Assembly (NCBI GenBank): GCA_039630085.1
Contig: JBCNVM010000007.1
Coordinates: 16,901-80,900 of the forward strand
Direction of reading: 5' to 3'
From: Candidatus Caldarchaeales archaeon
Lineage (GTDB): Archaea > Thermoproteota > Nitrososphaeria_A > Caldarchaeales > Calditenuaceae
Length of the DNA stretch: 64,000 nt
Position numbers and translations under genes: made by a program. Under the pieces are notes generated by a model. It saw only the letters and a list, made by a program, of their open reading frames with translations, was not told the DNA's origin and ran no database searches. This document shows positions 1 to 8,573 of the stretch, piece by piece. Each line of letters opens with the position of its first letter. Position 1 is the first letter of the stretch.

Positions 1-610
1 ACAACTCTTGGATGCCTGAGCCGGATGAGGCCACTATCCCCACCGGGCCCCTGATGACCCTGTTCGCGAACCCGAAGCCCACGCCCCCAATTATCGAAGT
101 CCCGGCCTCCGGCCCCATCACTAGGAGGTTCCTCGCGGCGGCCTCGCGCTTCATCGCTACCTCCACCTCTATCGGGACGTGATCGCTGAAGACGAAGAGG
201 TTGACTCCCCTCTCGAGGAGCTTGAATGCGACGTCCTTCACGTGCTGTCCGGGTATCGATATCGATGCCATTCTTATGTCCGGGTTCTCGTGCAGAGCGT
301 CGTCTATGCTCGCGTATCTGGCGGTCCGGGGCTTCATCTGGAACAGGACCTCTCTCGCCTTCCTCAGGACGCCTTCCGTCAGCCCGACTCCCTTAAGTGC
401 GATCACGATATCGTTTGGTCCTGCACGGTCGCCCTCCGGCGTGAGGATCCCCTGCGACCTCAGGAGCTCCTTATTGGCTTCGGTGGCCATGACGACCGCG
501 ACCTCGATCACCCCGGGCAGCCTCTTGATCGCCTCGGAGGCTTCCATCAGCTGCACCGAATCCCGATAAAGGCCTTGCACTACCAAGTTGATTACGTCAG
601 TTGAACCCAC
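1..610 (-). CDS. fdrA: FdrA/AllF-family acyl-CoA synthetase-like protein, N-terminal part (runs off the window edge; absent from ORF track)
   Basis: Manual minus-strand translation from GTG at 610: ...VQGLYRDSVQLMEASEAIKRLPGVIEVAVVMATEANKELL... and ...LLVMGPEAGTSIIGGVGFGFANRVIRGPVGIVASSGSGIQEL, typical FdrA motifs; neighbours a DUF1116 gene. Confidence 0.85.
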   Translation of the reverse strand, partial: MGSTDVINLVVQGLYRDSVQLMEASEAIKRLPGVIEVAVVMATEANKELLRSQGILTPEGDRAGPNDIVIALKGVGLTEGVLRKAREVLFQMKPRTARYASIDDALHENPDIRMASISIPGQHVKDVAFKLLERGVNLFVFSDHVPIEVEVAMKREAAARNLLVMGPEAGTSIIGGVGFGFANRVIRGPVGIVASSGSGIQEL

Positions 611-672
611 AATCGATGCGATCTGAAAGTGCAATATTTATATTAGTGTTCCGAGGCGTGATGATCGCGACC

Positions 673-1470
673 ATGTCTGCCGTTGTAGATCTGTCAAAGG
701 TAAAAATATATGACTTATCCCAGCCGACCAGCGCGAGAGCTCCGCCCTTCATGTACTACCCTCCGTTCAAATGGACGTGGATCAAGAGGCTCGGAGAGCA
801 CGGCGTCAACGCGCAGTACATCGAGGGACCGCTTCACACGGGTACGCACTTCGACGGCCAGCTGCACTTCATGACGGGAGGGAAGGACATGGCCAGCATC
901 GACGTCAGCTACTTCATCGGGGAGGGGATCATAGTTGACATCAGCAAGCGCGTCGGCGACTACGACATCTACACAAGCGACATGATCGAGGAGGCGGCGA
1001 GGGAGGCAGGCCTCCGGATAAAGCCCGACGACATACTGCTCATCTACACGGGTTACAGCCGTTACGCGTGGTGCGGTCCCGAGCCCGACGAAGTGCGGTA
1101 CATGTGTAAGCACCCGGGCCCCGACATCAGGTTCGCGAGGTGGTGCATCGAGAAGAGGATCAGGTGGCTCGGCGTCGACGCGATGTCGCAGGACCACCCT
1201 CTGAACACCGTCGTCAGGAGGGCGAGGCCCGACCTGGTAGCGGAGGCCGAAAGGAAGTGGGGAAAGAAGATCGACGAGGTGCTGCCCTGGCCCGAGAACT
1301 ATCAGGTGATGCACACGATGCTTTTCCCGAGGATGATCCTTCATGTCGAGAACCTAGGAGGGGACATCGACAAGGTCGTCAACAAGAGGTGCCTGATCAT
1401 AGCGCTGCCGTTCAAGTTCGAGGGAGGAGAGAGCGCGTACTGCCGAGTGGTGGCCCTCACCTCGGAATGA
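673..1470 (+). CDS. Cyclase-family (kynurenine formamidase-like) metal-dependent hydrolase
   Basis: HTGTHFD metal motif, LLIYTG, GVDAMSQDHP, HVENLGG, C-terminal GGESAYCRVVA; start may be 661 or 673. Confidence 0.85.
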   Translation: MSAVVDLSKVKIYDLSQPTSARAPPFMYYPPFKWTWIKRLGEHGVNAQYIEGPLHTGTHFDGQLHFMTGGKDMASIDVSYFIGEGIIVDISKRVGDYDIYTSDMIEEAAREAGLRIKPDDILLIYTGYSRYAWCGPEPDEVRYMCKHPGPDIRFARWCIEKRIRWLGVDAMSQDHPLNTVVRRARPDLVAEAERKWGKKIDEVLPWPENYQVMHTMLFPRMILHVENLGGDIDKVVNKRCLIIALPFKFEGGESAYCRVVALTSE

Positions 1471-1476
1471 GCAGGC

Positions 1477-2739
1477 ATGGAGACGCTTAAGGAGGAGATC
1501 GAGAGGGCGAACGATAAGTGCCTCGATCTGATGATGGAGGCGAGGCCCCTCCTCGTGGACATCGTAGAGGCGCGGAAGGTCATACCCTTCCTCGCGAAGG
1601 ACAAATGCCTCACGCATGCGGGCCCGCCGATTAGCTGGGATAGGGCCAGCGGCCCCCTGAGGGGCGCGATAATCGGAGCCGCGATCTACGAGGGCTGGGC
1701 CGAGAACGAGAGAGAGGCGATCAGGCTGGCGGAGAGGGGTGAGATAGTCCTCGAGCCCAATCACCATCACTCGGCGGTCAGTCCCATGGCCGGCGTCATC
1801 TCGCCGTCGATGAAGGTCTTCGTGGTCAGGGACGGTGACCTGAGGACTTACAGCAACCTCAACGAGGGGCTCGGTAAGGTCATGAGGTACGGCGCCTACT
1901 CCCCCGACGTTTTGGACCGCCTCCGCTTCTTGAACGAGGTCGTCGGCCCCGTTCTCTCCGACGCGGTGAAGGAGTACGTCCGTGATAAGGGGGGAATGGA
2001 TCTGAAGAGCATAATGGCCCAGGCGGTCCATATGGGCGACGAGTGTCACAACCGGAACATTGCCTCGACTTCCCTGTTCTACAGAGAGATATCGTCCTAT
2101 GTTATCGACTCGACTGACAAAGAGACAGCAAAAATTGTGCTTAAGACGATCGACTCTAACATCTTATTCTTCCTTAACATGGCAATGGCGGCCTGCAAGC
2201 TGATGGCCGATAGGGCCCACGGCGTCAAGTACAGCACGATCGTGACCACGATCGCGAGGAACGGCACGGACGTCGGCATCAGGGTGAGCGGGCTCGGAGA
2301 CCAGTGGTTCACAGCTCCGGCGACCATACCTAGGGGTCTGTACTTCTCAGGGTTCAGCGAGTCCGACGCAAACCCCGACATAGGCGACAGCACGATAACC
2401 GAGACAGTCGGGCTCGGTGCGGCCGCTTTGGCGGCGAGCCCGGCGATCGTGAGGTTCATCGGCGGGGACGCGAAGACGGCGATCGAGATCACCAACAGGA
2501 TGGCGAAGATCTGTCACGGCAGGCACCGCTACTTCACGATCCCCTATCTAGAGTTCGAGGGTACCCCAGTTGGGATAGACATCAGGAGGGTTCTGCGACT
2601 CGGTCTTCCGCCTGTGGCCGACACGGGCATAGCGCATAGGGAGGCCGGAGTGGGGCAGATAGGCGCAGGGATCGTCGAGCTGCCGATCGAGCCCTTCAAG
2701 CAGGCCCTGAGGAAATACGCCGAGGCCTACGGGATCTGA
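1477..2739 (+). CDS. DUF1116 (YlbE/AllG/YahG-like) protein
   Basis: LTHAGPP, NEGLGKVMRYGA, HMGDECHNRN, ARNGTDVGIRVSG, DANPDIGDSTITETVGLG, TGIAHREAGVGQIGAG motifs. Confidence 0.88.
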   Translation: METLKEEIERANDKCLDLMMEARPLLVDIVEARKVIPFLAKDKCLTHAGPPISWDRASGPLRGAIIGAAIYEGWAENEREAIRLAERGEIVLEPNHHHSAVSPMAGVISPSMKVFVVRDGDLRTYSNLNEGLGKVMRYGAYSPDVLDRLRFLNEVVGPVLSDAVKEYVRDKGGMDLKSIMAQAVHMGDECHNRNIASTSLFYREISSYVIDSTDKETAKIVLKTIDSNILFFLNMAMAACKLMADRAHGVKYSTIVTTIARNGTDVGIRVSGLGDQWFTAPATIPRGLYFSGFSESDANPDIGDSTITETVGLGAAALAASPAIVRFIGGDAKTAIEITNRMAKICHGRHRYFTIPYLEFEGTPVGIDIRRVLRLGLPPVADTGIAHREAGVGQIGAGIVELPIEPFKQALRKYAEAYGI

Positions 2740-2827
2740 ACACGACAGCCCTCTGTAGGGCCCTTCGCCAATCGATCAGCCGACCGGAGCCTTAGTCGGA
2801 CCTCTCGCCGACGAGCAGGGCTGTTCT

Positions 2828-2851
2828 GTGGACCGGGCGGGATTCGAGCCC
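2828..2851 (-). repeat. Partial inverted copy of the tRNA-Ala 3' end (att-like site)
   Basis: GTGGACCGGGCGGGATTCGAGCCC matches the reverse complement of 5026-5049 at 23/24 positions; GC content drops immediately after it. Confidence 0.85.
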
Positions 2852-2944
2852 AGATTTACTCACCGGCTTTCCTTATTACTCCGAAAAAAGGTAGGTAAGT
2901 TCACAGAAAAAGTTATAAATTTCTACGTGCAAGGGTTTATAATA

Positions 2945-3814
2945 ATGAGCAGAGTATTCCATAATACAATCGCCCTCATAATGGATTGTGACGATACGCT
3001 GTGTGAGGACACCACTGACGCGTGTCTAAAGCAGATCGGAATAGAAGATCCTCTGGAGGACTTCTGGAAAAAGAGAGTAAAACCCAAGGTCAAAGATGGC
3101 TGGGACCCGCCACTAGCGTATATGACCGAATTCATAAATGTGGCCAAGGAAAAAGGTACAAAACTCACAAAGGATTTTTTGAGAAAGTAGGACGAAATCT
3201 GAAATTTTATCCCGGAGTTCCAAACTTTTTCGATGAGTTAAGGAATGAGGTCAAAGCTATTAGCAACGAGTACGAAATCGACATAAGGATTGAGTTTTAT
3301 GTTATTAGCTCAGGTTTTGAAGAGGTCATAACGGCGAGTCCTCTAAACTCCTATGTAACCGAAATTATGGATGTACATTTTACATTGATGAAAACGGTCG
3401 TGTAATATGCCCGAAATCGATAGTAACGTTTACGGAAAAAAAAACAAATTTGTGTTCGCGATAAACAAGGGCATTAACAAGATGATTTTACGAAGTGACC
3501 CTGGTAGAGTTAATGACACGATAAGTGAGGAGAATAGAAGGATTCCCTTCAAGAACATGATCTACATAGGAGACGGACCAACAGACATACCCTGCTTCTC
3601 GCTTATCACAAGGAACGGGGGGCGAGGATTAGGAATTATACAGCCCGAAAAGCCAGAAAGGGGGGCTCCATTATGGAAAGGACGAAGAATAACTGTGGGA
3701 CCGTACCGCCCTAATTATGAGCAAGGATCAGACCTCCGACTTATGATAAAGGCTTTGATAAGAGACATCTCAGCGAGTATTTATGAGGAGTCGAAAATGT
3801 CATATCGCCCGTGA
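2945..3814 (+). pseudogene. HAD-superfamily hydrolase interrupted by three single-base frameshifts (pseudogene or sequencing error)
   Basis: Motif I MDCDDTL, LKFYPGV, motif II YVISSGF, hidden segment GCTFYIDENGRVICPKSIVTFTEK, FAINKG, motif IV MIYIGDGPTDIPCF, spread over four frame segments; shifts at 3175-3180, ~3365, 3436-3444. Confidence 0.8.
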
Positions 3815-3977
3815 CATTCATTAACAAATAGATGTCGTCGCGATCTCGATCGAATAAACCATCATTATTTTATAAAATTCTCGTAGAGCGGAGCACGTTG
3901 ACCTATCCTGTTAAATACGTAGACGAAACATCGCATACTCGACGCATTCGGAAAAATCATTTACACTATTTTATAAA

Positions 3978-4325
3978 ATGTTGAATACAGTATAGAGAGC
4001 TAATTTTATTTTAGCATTAGTGACTGATTTTAAGTGTTGTTTTGTTGATCGCTCTTCCTTTCAGTATACTGGTCGCAGCATTTGGTTAAACCTGTCCGGA
4101 GGAAAAGGCAAGTCGTTTCGGTGGCTTCTGGGTTTGGATTAGCCATGGGGTTGATAGGTGGAATTTTCGGACGCGGGTTGGGCTGCTTACATAGTTTACA
4201 ATAAGGTCATCTGGGATTATTTCGTTGTTGGCTGTTCATAGTTTGTGACATTATAATAATTTAGAGAACTACAAGAAAGATCTCACGTCGTCTCAAGCTT
4301 GTGGAACGGGAGGTTCGAGGGTAAC
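3978..4325 (+). pseudogene. Possible fragmented small membrane protein gene
   Basis: Hydrophobic pieces in different frames (VLLIALPFSILVAAFG; GFGLAMGLIGGIFG); no continuous ORF; boundaries approximate. Confidence 0.3.
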
Positions 4326-4975
4326 TGTTCGAGTTTTGACGGCTCGGTGGGAAATGGTCTGCCGAAGCTGTGGAAACATCCCGACACTAAGCTTTAGAGC
4401 GTATAACATCTGTGGTTCAAGGCTCTACATGGAGAGATAGGTGTAAAATACCCTGTCTGCAAAGGTTCCCTATCCTGCACCACAGAAACCGTTTGAAAGG
4501 AAGGACAGAACAGGCTCTTAGAAGAATAGCAGATTGTGTGAGGAGATTTGGGACACCCGGATAACCCTAAATCGTGTTTCAGTCTCGCTCAAAAAGCTCA
4601 TCAGAAAGTTCTTGAAATTGATTTTTCTGATTTACGGTAACAACCAGCTTTTTCGTTGAGAAAACCTAAACGCTATAGTTGTGAAGATGTCTGTGAATAC
4701 TGAGAGATGAGGAGGTTGGAGAGGAAAACGCAGTCTCAGAGGTGCCGAAAAGTGTCTCTGAAGAGCGTTGATCGGGAAGTTGCGTTCGCCTTGCTTCCTG
4801 ACAGCGACAGTATTATCACTTCGGCGTTGATACTCCTGAGAAATCTGGCTCGAAATAGTCAACCCGTCACAAAAGGATGTGAGACGAAAAAAGCAGGAGT
4901 CATAGGAACGAATTAAGGCGGAGAAAGCCCGATTACATTAAAACTAAAATTCTCCGAGTGAGAGATGCGATAAGG

Positions 4976-5051
4976 GGGCCGGTAGATCAGCGGTATGATC
5001 GCCCGGTTGGCGTCCGGGAGGTCGCGGGTTCGAATCCCGCCCGGTCCACCA
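4976..5051 (+). tRNA. tRNA-Ala (GGC), CCA encoded, no intron
   Basis: Acceptor stem GGGCCGG/CCGGTCC with G3:U70, anticodon arm CCCGG-TTGGCGT-CCGGG, T-loop GGTTCGAATCC, ends ACCA. Confidence 0.97.
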
Positions 5052-5152
5052 ATCCTGTGATGCAATAAGGGTAACCATGAAGAGGGAAAAATAGAGGAGG
5101 AACGCTTCGTCGGATTCTCCTCAGAGTTCTTCGGAAGCATCTGCACCGAAAT

Positions 5153-6232
5153 TTACTCCTCCTCGTCGGGAAGTATCACGAGTGCGACATCCCCGTCGGA
5201 GTTCACTAGAGGTACACTCGGAGCCTTTTCCTCAGCGACTTCCTCTTCAACGATCTCCTCATCGTCTCTCGGTTTTCGCCAACGTCTTCTCAGCCGGAGC
5301 ATTCTCTCCCTTACTATCTCTTCGAGCCTGCGCAGCTTCCTCTCAATAGAAAACCCGACCTTTTCCAGAAACAGCGGCAGGCAGGCATTACGTATTCGGA
5401 TCCTATAACAGTCCTTACTAGACACGCCCCCTCCGATCTCCATTGATGTGCCGGCTGGTATGTGTAGGTACGGACCTGTGGACATTATTCCTAGGTCCTC
5501 CAACAACTCCTGTGCCCACCTCAGCACATCGACGTTTGTATTGTACAGTATTACGCCGCTCTTACCGACACTTCCCTCCGAGTCGAAGAAACCCCGGAGG
5601 AAAGCGACCTTTGTCTGTTCATCGTGCTCGACGAACTTCCGTATTCGTTCGATGTCTCTATCAATAAGAAGCTGGGTCAATATTATGTCCCGCACTCTAA
5701 CGACATAAAACGTCTTCCCGTCTCTAACCATTTCTAGAATCGGCGGAGGATCCCTGTTCAGGACTTTCGCCAGCGCCTGTGCGAAGGACATGGCGAAGTC
5801 CAGATCCCGGACAATTAGTTGGATCACACATGCCCATTTACGTCTATAATGGAGCAGATAGACTGACCCGTCCCCGAAGACCACGCCTATGACATAGGCT
5901 AGTTCCGGAGACGGCTCCAGCTCGTCGAGTGACCGGAACCTCCGACGCTGGGATAATCCCATCCGATAGGGCGACCTCTCCCCTCTCATCCATCTTACTA
6001 CGGTTGACTGATATATTGTCACCCCGAAGGTTTCATAAATAATTTCCACGATCTGTTTGACGCTGTATCCTTGTTCTATCAGCTGTAGGGCTACATGATA
6101 AATCTGGATCATGAGGGCTTTGGGTCTCCTTCGGCGCTTTTTCGTGGTCCCTCCTTTCTTAGATCGTCGGGTCTCGCCTCTCGGGCCAAGAGACGAGACT
6201 GCTAAGTCCGGATCCACCAAGCCATCCGACAT
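5153..6232 (-). CDS. Free-standing two-motif LAGLIDADG homing-endonuclease-like protein with N-terminal HTH
   Basis: LAYVIGVVFGDGSV and AFLRGFFDSEGSV motifs; HTH-like GYSVKQIVEIIYETFGVTIYQSTVVRW; GGAGGTGA SD upstream; lower GC than flanking host genes. Confidence 0.9.
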   Translation of the reverse strand: MSDGLVDPDLAVSSLGPRGETRRSKKGGTTKKRRRRPKALMIQIYHVALQLIEQGYSVKQIVEIIYETFGVTIYQSTVVRWMRGERSPYRMGLSQRRRFRSLDELEPSPELAYVIGVVFGDGSVYLLHYRRKWACVIQLIVRDLDFAMSFAQALAKVLNRDPPPILEMVRDGKTFYVVRVRDIILTQLLIDRDIERIRKFVEHDEQTKVAFLRGFFDSEGSVGKSGVILYNTNVDVLRWAQELLEDLGIMSTGPYLHIPAGTSMEIGGGVSSKDCYRIRIRNACLPLFLEKVGFSIERKLRRLEEIVRERMLRLRRRWRKPRDDEEIVEEEVAEEKAPSVPLVNSDGDVALVILPDEEE

Positions 6233-6417
6233 TTCCTTTCACCTCCGGGGGTCGAACTCCCTTCCCCGAGCAGGAAGAAACCCTCCCGCATGGGCAGGAG
6301 GGTCCCCCTGTCGAGGGCCAGACCACCTGAGGGGTGAATTTAAGCCTCGCTAGCGGCGTCGGTCCGAGACCTAGGGAACGGGATGGGCTTTATCCGGCAG
6401 GAGCTCGGCGACCGGTC

Positions 6418-7128
6418 GTGAAAGATTGGACCCTTCCCGTGGTGGTTCTGAACTTCAAGGCGTACAGGGAGGCGGTGGGAAGCGGCGCAGAGAGGCTCGG
6501 TTACGTCGCGGAGACCGTCTCGAGGGAGCTGGGCGTCACGGTCGCGGTCGCGGTCCAGCCGACCGACGTCTACAGGCTCTCCGGCAGGCTCGGGATTCCC
6601 GTCCTGGGACAGCACGTCGATCCCTACGAGGAGGGGAGCTGGACGGGGCACGTGACCGCGTTCGCGCTGAGGGAGGCTGGGGCAGCGGGGAGCCTCCTGA
6701 ACCACTCCGAGAGGAGGATAGGGCTCTCCGAGATCGCGGCCGCGGTCGAGCTCCTCAGGAAGGAGGGCCTGAAGTCGATCGTCTGCGCCGACACGCCGCT
6801 GACCAGCAGGGCCGCCGGAGCCCTGAGGCCGGACATGGTCGCGGTCGAGCCCCCGGAGCTGATAGGGACCGGGATATCGGTCTCGAGGGCGAGGCCGGAG
6901 GTCGTCACCGACGCGGTGAAGATGCTGGCCTCCGTCGAGCCGAGCGTCTCGCTCCTCTGCGGCGCGGGCATCTCGACCCCGGAGGACGTCTACAGGGCGA
7001 TAGAGCTGGGAACGGTGGGAGTGCTGGTCTCGTCGGCGTTCGTGAAGTCCAAGGACCCCCAGCAGACCCTAACGGGCTTCTGCGAGGCGGCGCTGAAGGC
7101 CTACGAGCGGAGGGTCAGTAGATCCTGA
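6418..7128 (+). CDS. tpiA: Triosephosphate isomerase (archaeal type)
   Basis: LNFKAY, LLNHSE, AVEPPELIGTG, GAGIS motifs; GTG start chosen at 6418. Confidence 0.95.
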   Translation: MKDWTLPVVVLNFKAYREAVGSGAERLGYVAETVSRELGVTVAVAVQPTDVYRLSGRLGIPVLGQHVDPYEEGSWTGHVTAFALREAGAAGSLLNHSERRIGLSEIAAAVELLRKEGLKSIVCADTPLTSRAAGALRPDMVAVEPPELIGTGISVSRARPEVVTDAVKMLASVEPSVSLLCGAGISTPEDVYRAIELGTVGVLVSSAFVKSKDPQQTLTGFCEAALKAYERRVSRS

Positions 7129-7759
7129 TCTCGACCAGCTGGACCGGGACGTAGGAGCTGCTTGGGACCACCGCGGCCACCCTCTCCTCCACCTCGACCT
7201 CCACCTCCTGAATCGCGCCCGGGACCAGCGACTGTCCGAAGTAGCCGAACTCCTCCCTGTAGGGAGCCAGCCTGACGGCCGAACCGTCGGAGAGGTACGC
7301 GGCGATCACCGGCGAGGAGGCGAAGGCGCGGGACGCCTCGGGGACCGCGATGAGGGCCTCGATCTTGGTGCCGTCGTCGCCCACTGTCAGCCTCACCTCC
7401 TCGAGCCTGATTCTCCTTACCTCGAACGTCAGCTCGACGGTCAGGTCCCTCTCGGCGCGGACCTCCAGCACCACGACCGCGAACCTCGAGTCCGGGAGCT
7501 TCACGTAGGAGCTGTACCTCCCGGGGGCCGCGCTGAACCTGAAGGTCCCGTCCTCCCCGGTCACCCCCCTCTCGAGCCCCAGGACCACCAGAGCGCCCTC
7601 GACGGGCCTCGGTCGGCCGTCCTCCACCATCCGGACCCTGAACGTCACCTCCCTTGCCAGCGAGAGGCCGAAGCCCTCGCCGATGCTCCCCGACGAGTTG
7701 AAGACGGTCAGGAGGAGCATCAGGGCCGCGCCGATCGCGGCCGCCCCGGCCCACCTCAT
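7115..7759 (-). CDS. Secreted or membrane-anchored protein with carboxypeptidase-regulatory-like beta domain
   Basis: N-terminal hydrophobic helix; PVEGALV...GVTGEDGTFRF...PGRY pattern. Confidence 0.6.
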   Translation of the reverse strand: MRWAGAAAIGAALMLLLTVFNSSGSIGEGFGLSLAREVTFRVRMVEDGRPRPVEGALVVLGLERGVTGEDGTFRFSAAPGRYSSYVKLPDSRFAVVVLEVRAERDLTVELTFEVRRIRLEEVRLTVGDDGTKIEALIAVPEASRAFASSPVIAAYLSDGSAVRLAPYREEFGYFGQSLVPGAIQEVEVEVEERVAAVVPSSSYVPVQLVEIRIY

Positions 7760-7859
7760 ACCCCGCTCGGGGTCGGGGCTCAGCCTTTAACGTGTCGCCG
7801 CGGCCCCCGGCGATCCTAGCGGCGCGGAAACTCAAATCTCCGGGCATCGAGGTGGATCC

Positions 7860-8573
7860 GTGATGACGAAGGCCGTCATCCTCGCGGGAGGGTTCGGGAA
7901 GAGGCTGAGGCCGCTGACGGACACGCTCCCCAAGCCGCTGCTGAGGGTCGCGGAGAGGCCGATCATCGAGTGGCAGATCAGGTGGCTCGCCTCCCACGGC
8001 ATCAAGAGCGTCGTCGTCTGCGCCGGCTACCTCAAGGAGAAGATGGTCGAGGAGCTGGGGAGCGGCGCTAGGCTCGGGGTGAGGCTGGGCTTCGTCTTCG
8101 AGGACGAGCCTCTGGGGACCGCAGGAGCCCTCAAGAACGCCGAGCACTTCCTCGCCGGAGAGAGGTCCTTCCTGGTCCTGAACGGCGACGTCCTGACCGA
8201 CCTCGACCCGACGTACGTCCTCTCGGCAGCCGAGCGCTACCTCGCCTCGATGGCGGTCGTGCCGCTGCCCTCACCGTACGGGATCGTCGACCTCGAGGAG
8301 TCGACCGGACGGGTGAAGGGTTTCAGGGAGAAGCCGATGCTCGGGGAGTACTGGATCAACGCGGGCGTCTATGCGCTCAGGGGCGAGCTGCTGGCGGAGC
8401 TTCCGGAGAGCGGCGACCTCGAGAGGGAGGTCTTCCCGAGGCTAGCAGCGAGGGGACAGCTGGTGGCGATCAGGTACGAGCACTGCTACTGGAAGTCCAT
8501 AGACTCCCACAAGGACCTGGAGGAGGCCTCGGCTCACTTCAGGGAGCCTGAGAGGTCCAGGGCCATCACGTAG
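7860..8573 (+). CDS. Sugar-phosphate nucleotidyltransferase
   Basis: AVILAGGFGKRLRPLT, PKPL, EPLGTAGAL, VLNGDV, FREKP, INAGVY. Confidence 0.92.
   Translation: MMTKAVILAGGFGKRLRPLTDTLPKPLLRVAERPIIEWQIRWLASHGIKSVVVCAGYLKEKMVEELGSGARLGVRLGFVFEDEPLGTAGALKNAEHFLAGERSFLVLNGDVLTDLDPTYVLSAAERYLASMAVVPLPSPYGIVDLEESTGRVKGFREKPMLGEYWINAGVYALRGELLAELPESGDLEREVFPRLAARGQLVAIRYEHCYWKSIDSHKDLEEASAHFREPERSRAIT

Larger units (their letters stand above)
2852..4975. mobile_element. AT-rich foreign island or island remnant next to tRNA-Ala
   Basis: Abrupt, visible loss of GC and of the host CTC/GTC/GAG/AGG codon style; broken ORFs; bounded by a tRNA fragment and a tRNA; no integrase visible. Confidence 0.6.

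Noticed and set aside
179-604. Plus-strand ORFs 179..604 and 201..569
   Set aside because: Antisense to the FdrA-like gene, which has clear family motifs.
2050-2180. Short AT-richer patch inside the DUF1116 gene
   Set aside because: Frame intact and the patch is too short to separate recombination from noise by eye.
5153-6232. Intein or intron-encoded origin of the LAGLIDADG ORF
   Set aside because: No splice-junction residues, no host extein, and the neighbouring tRNA is uninterrupted.
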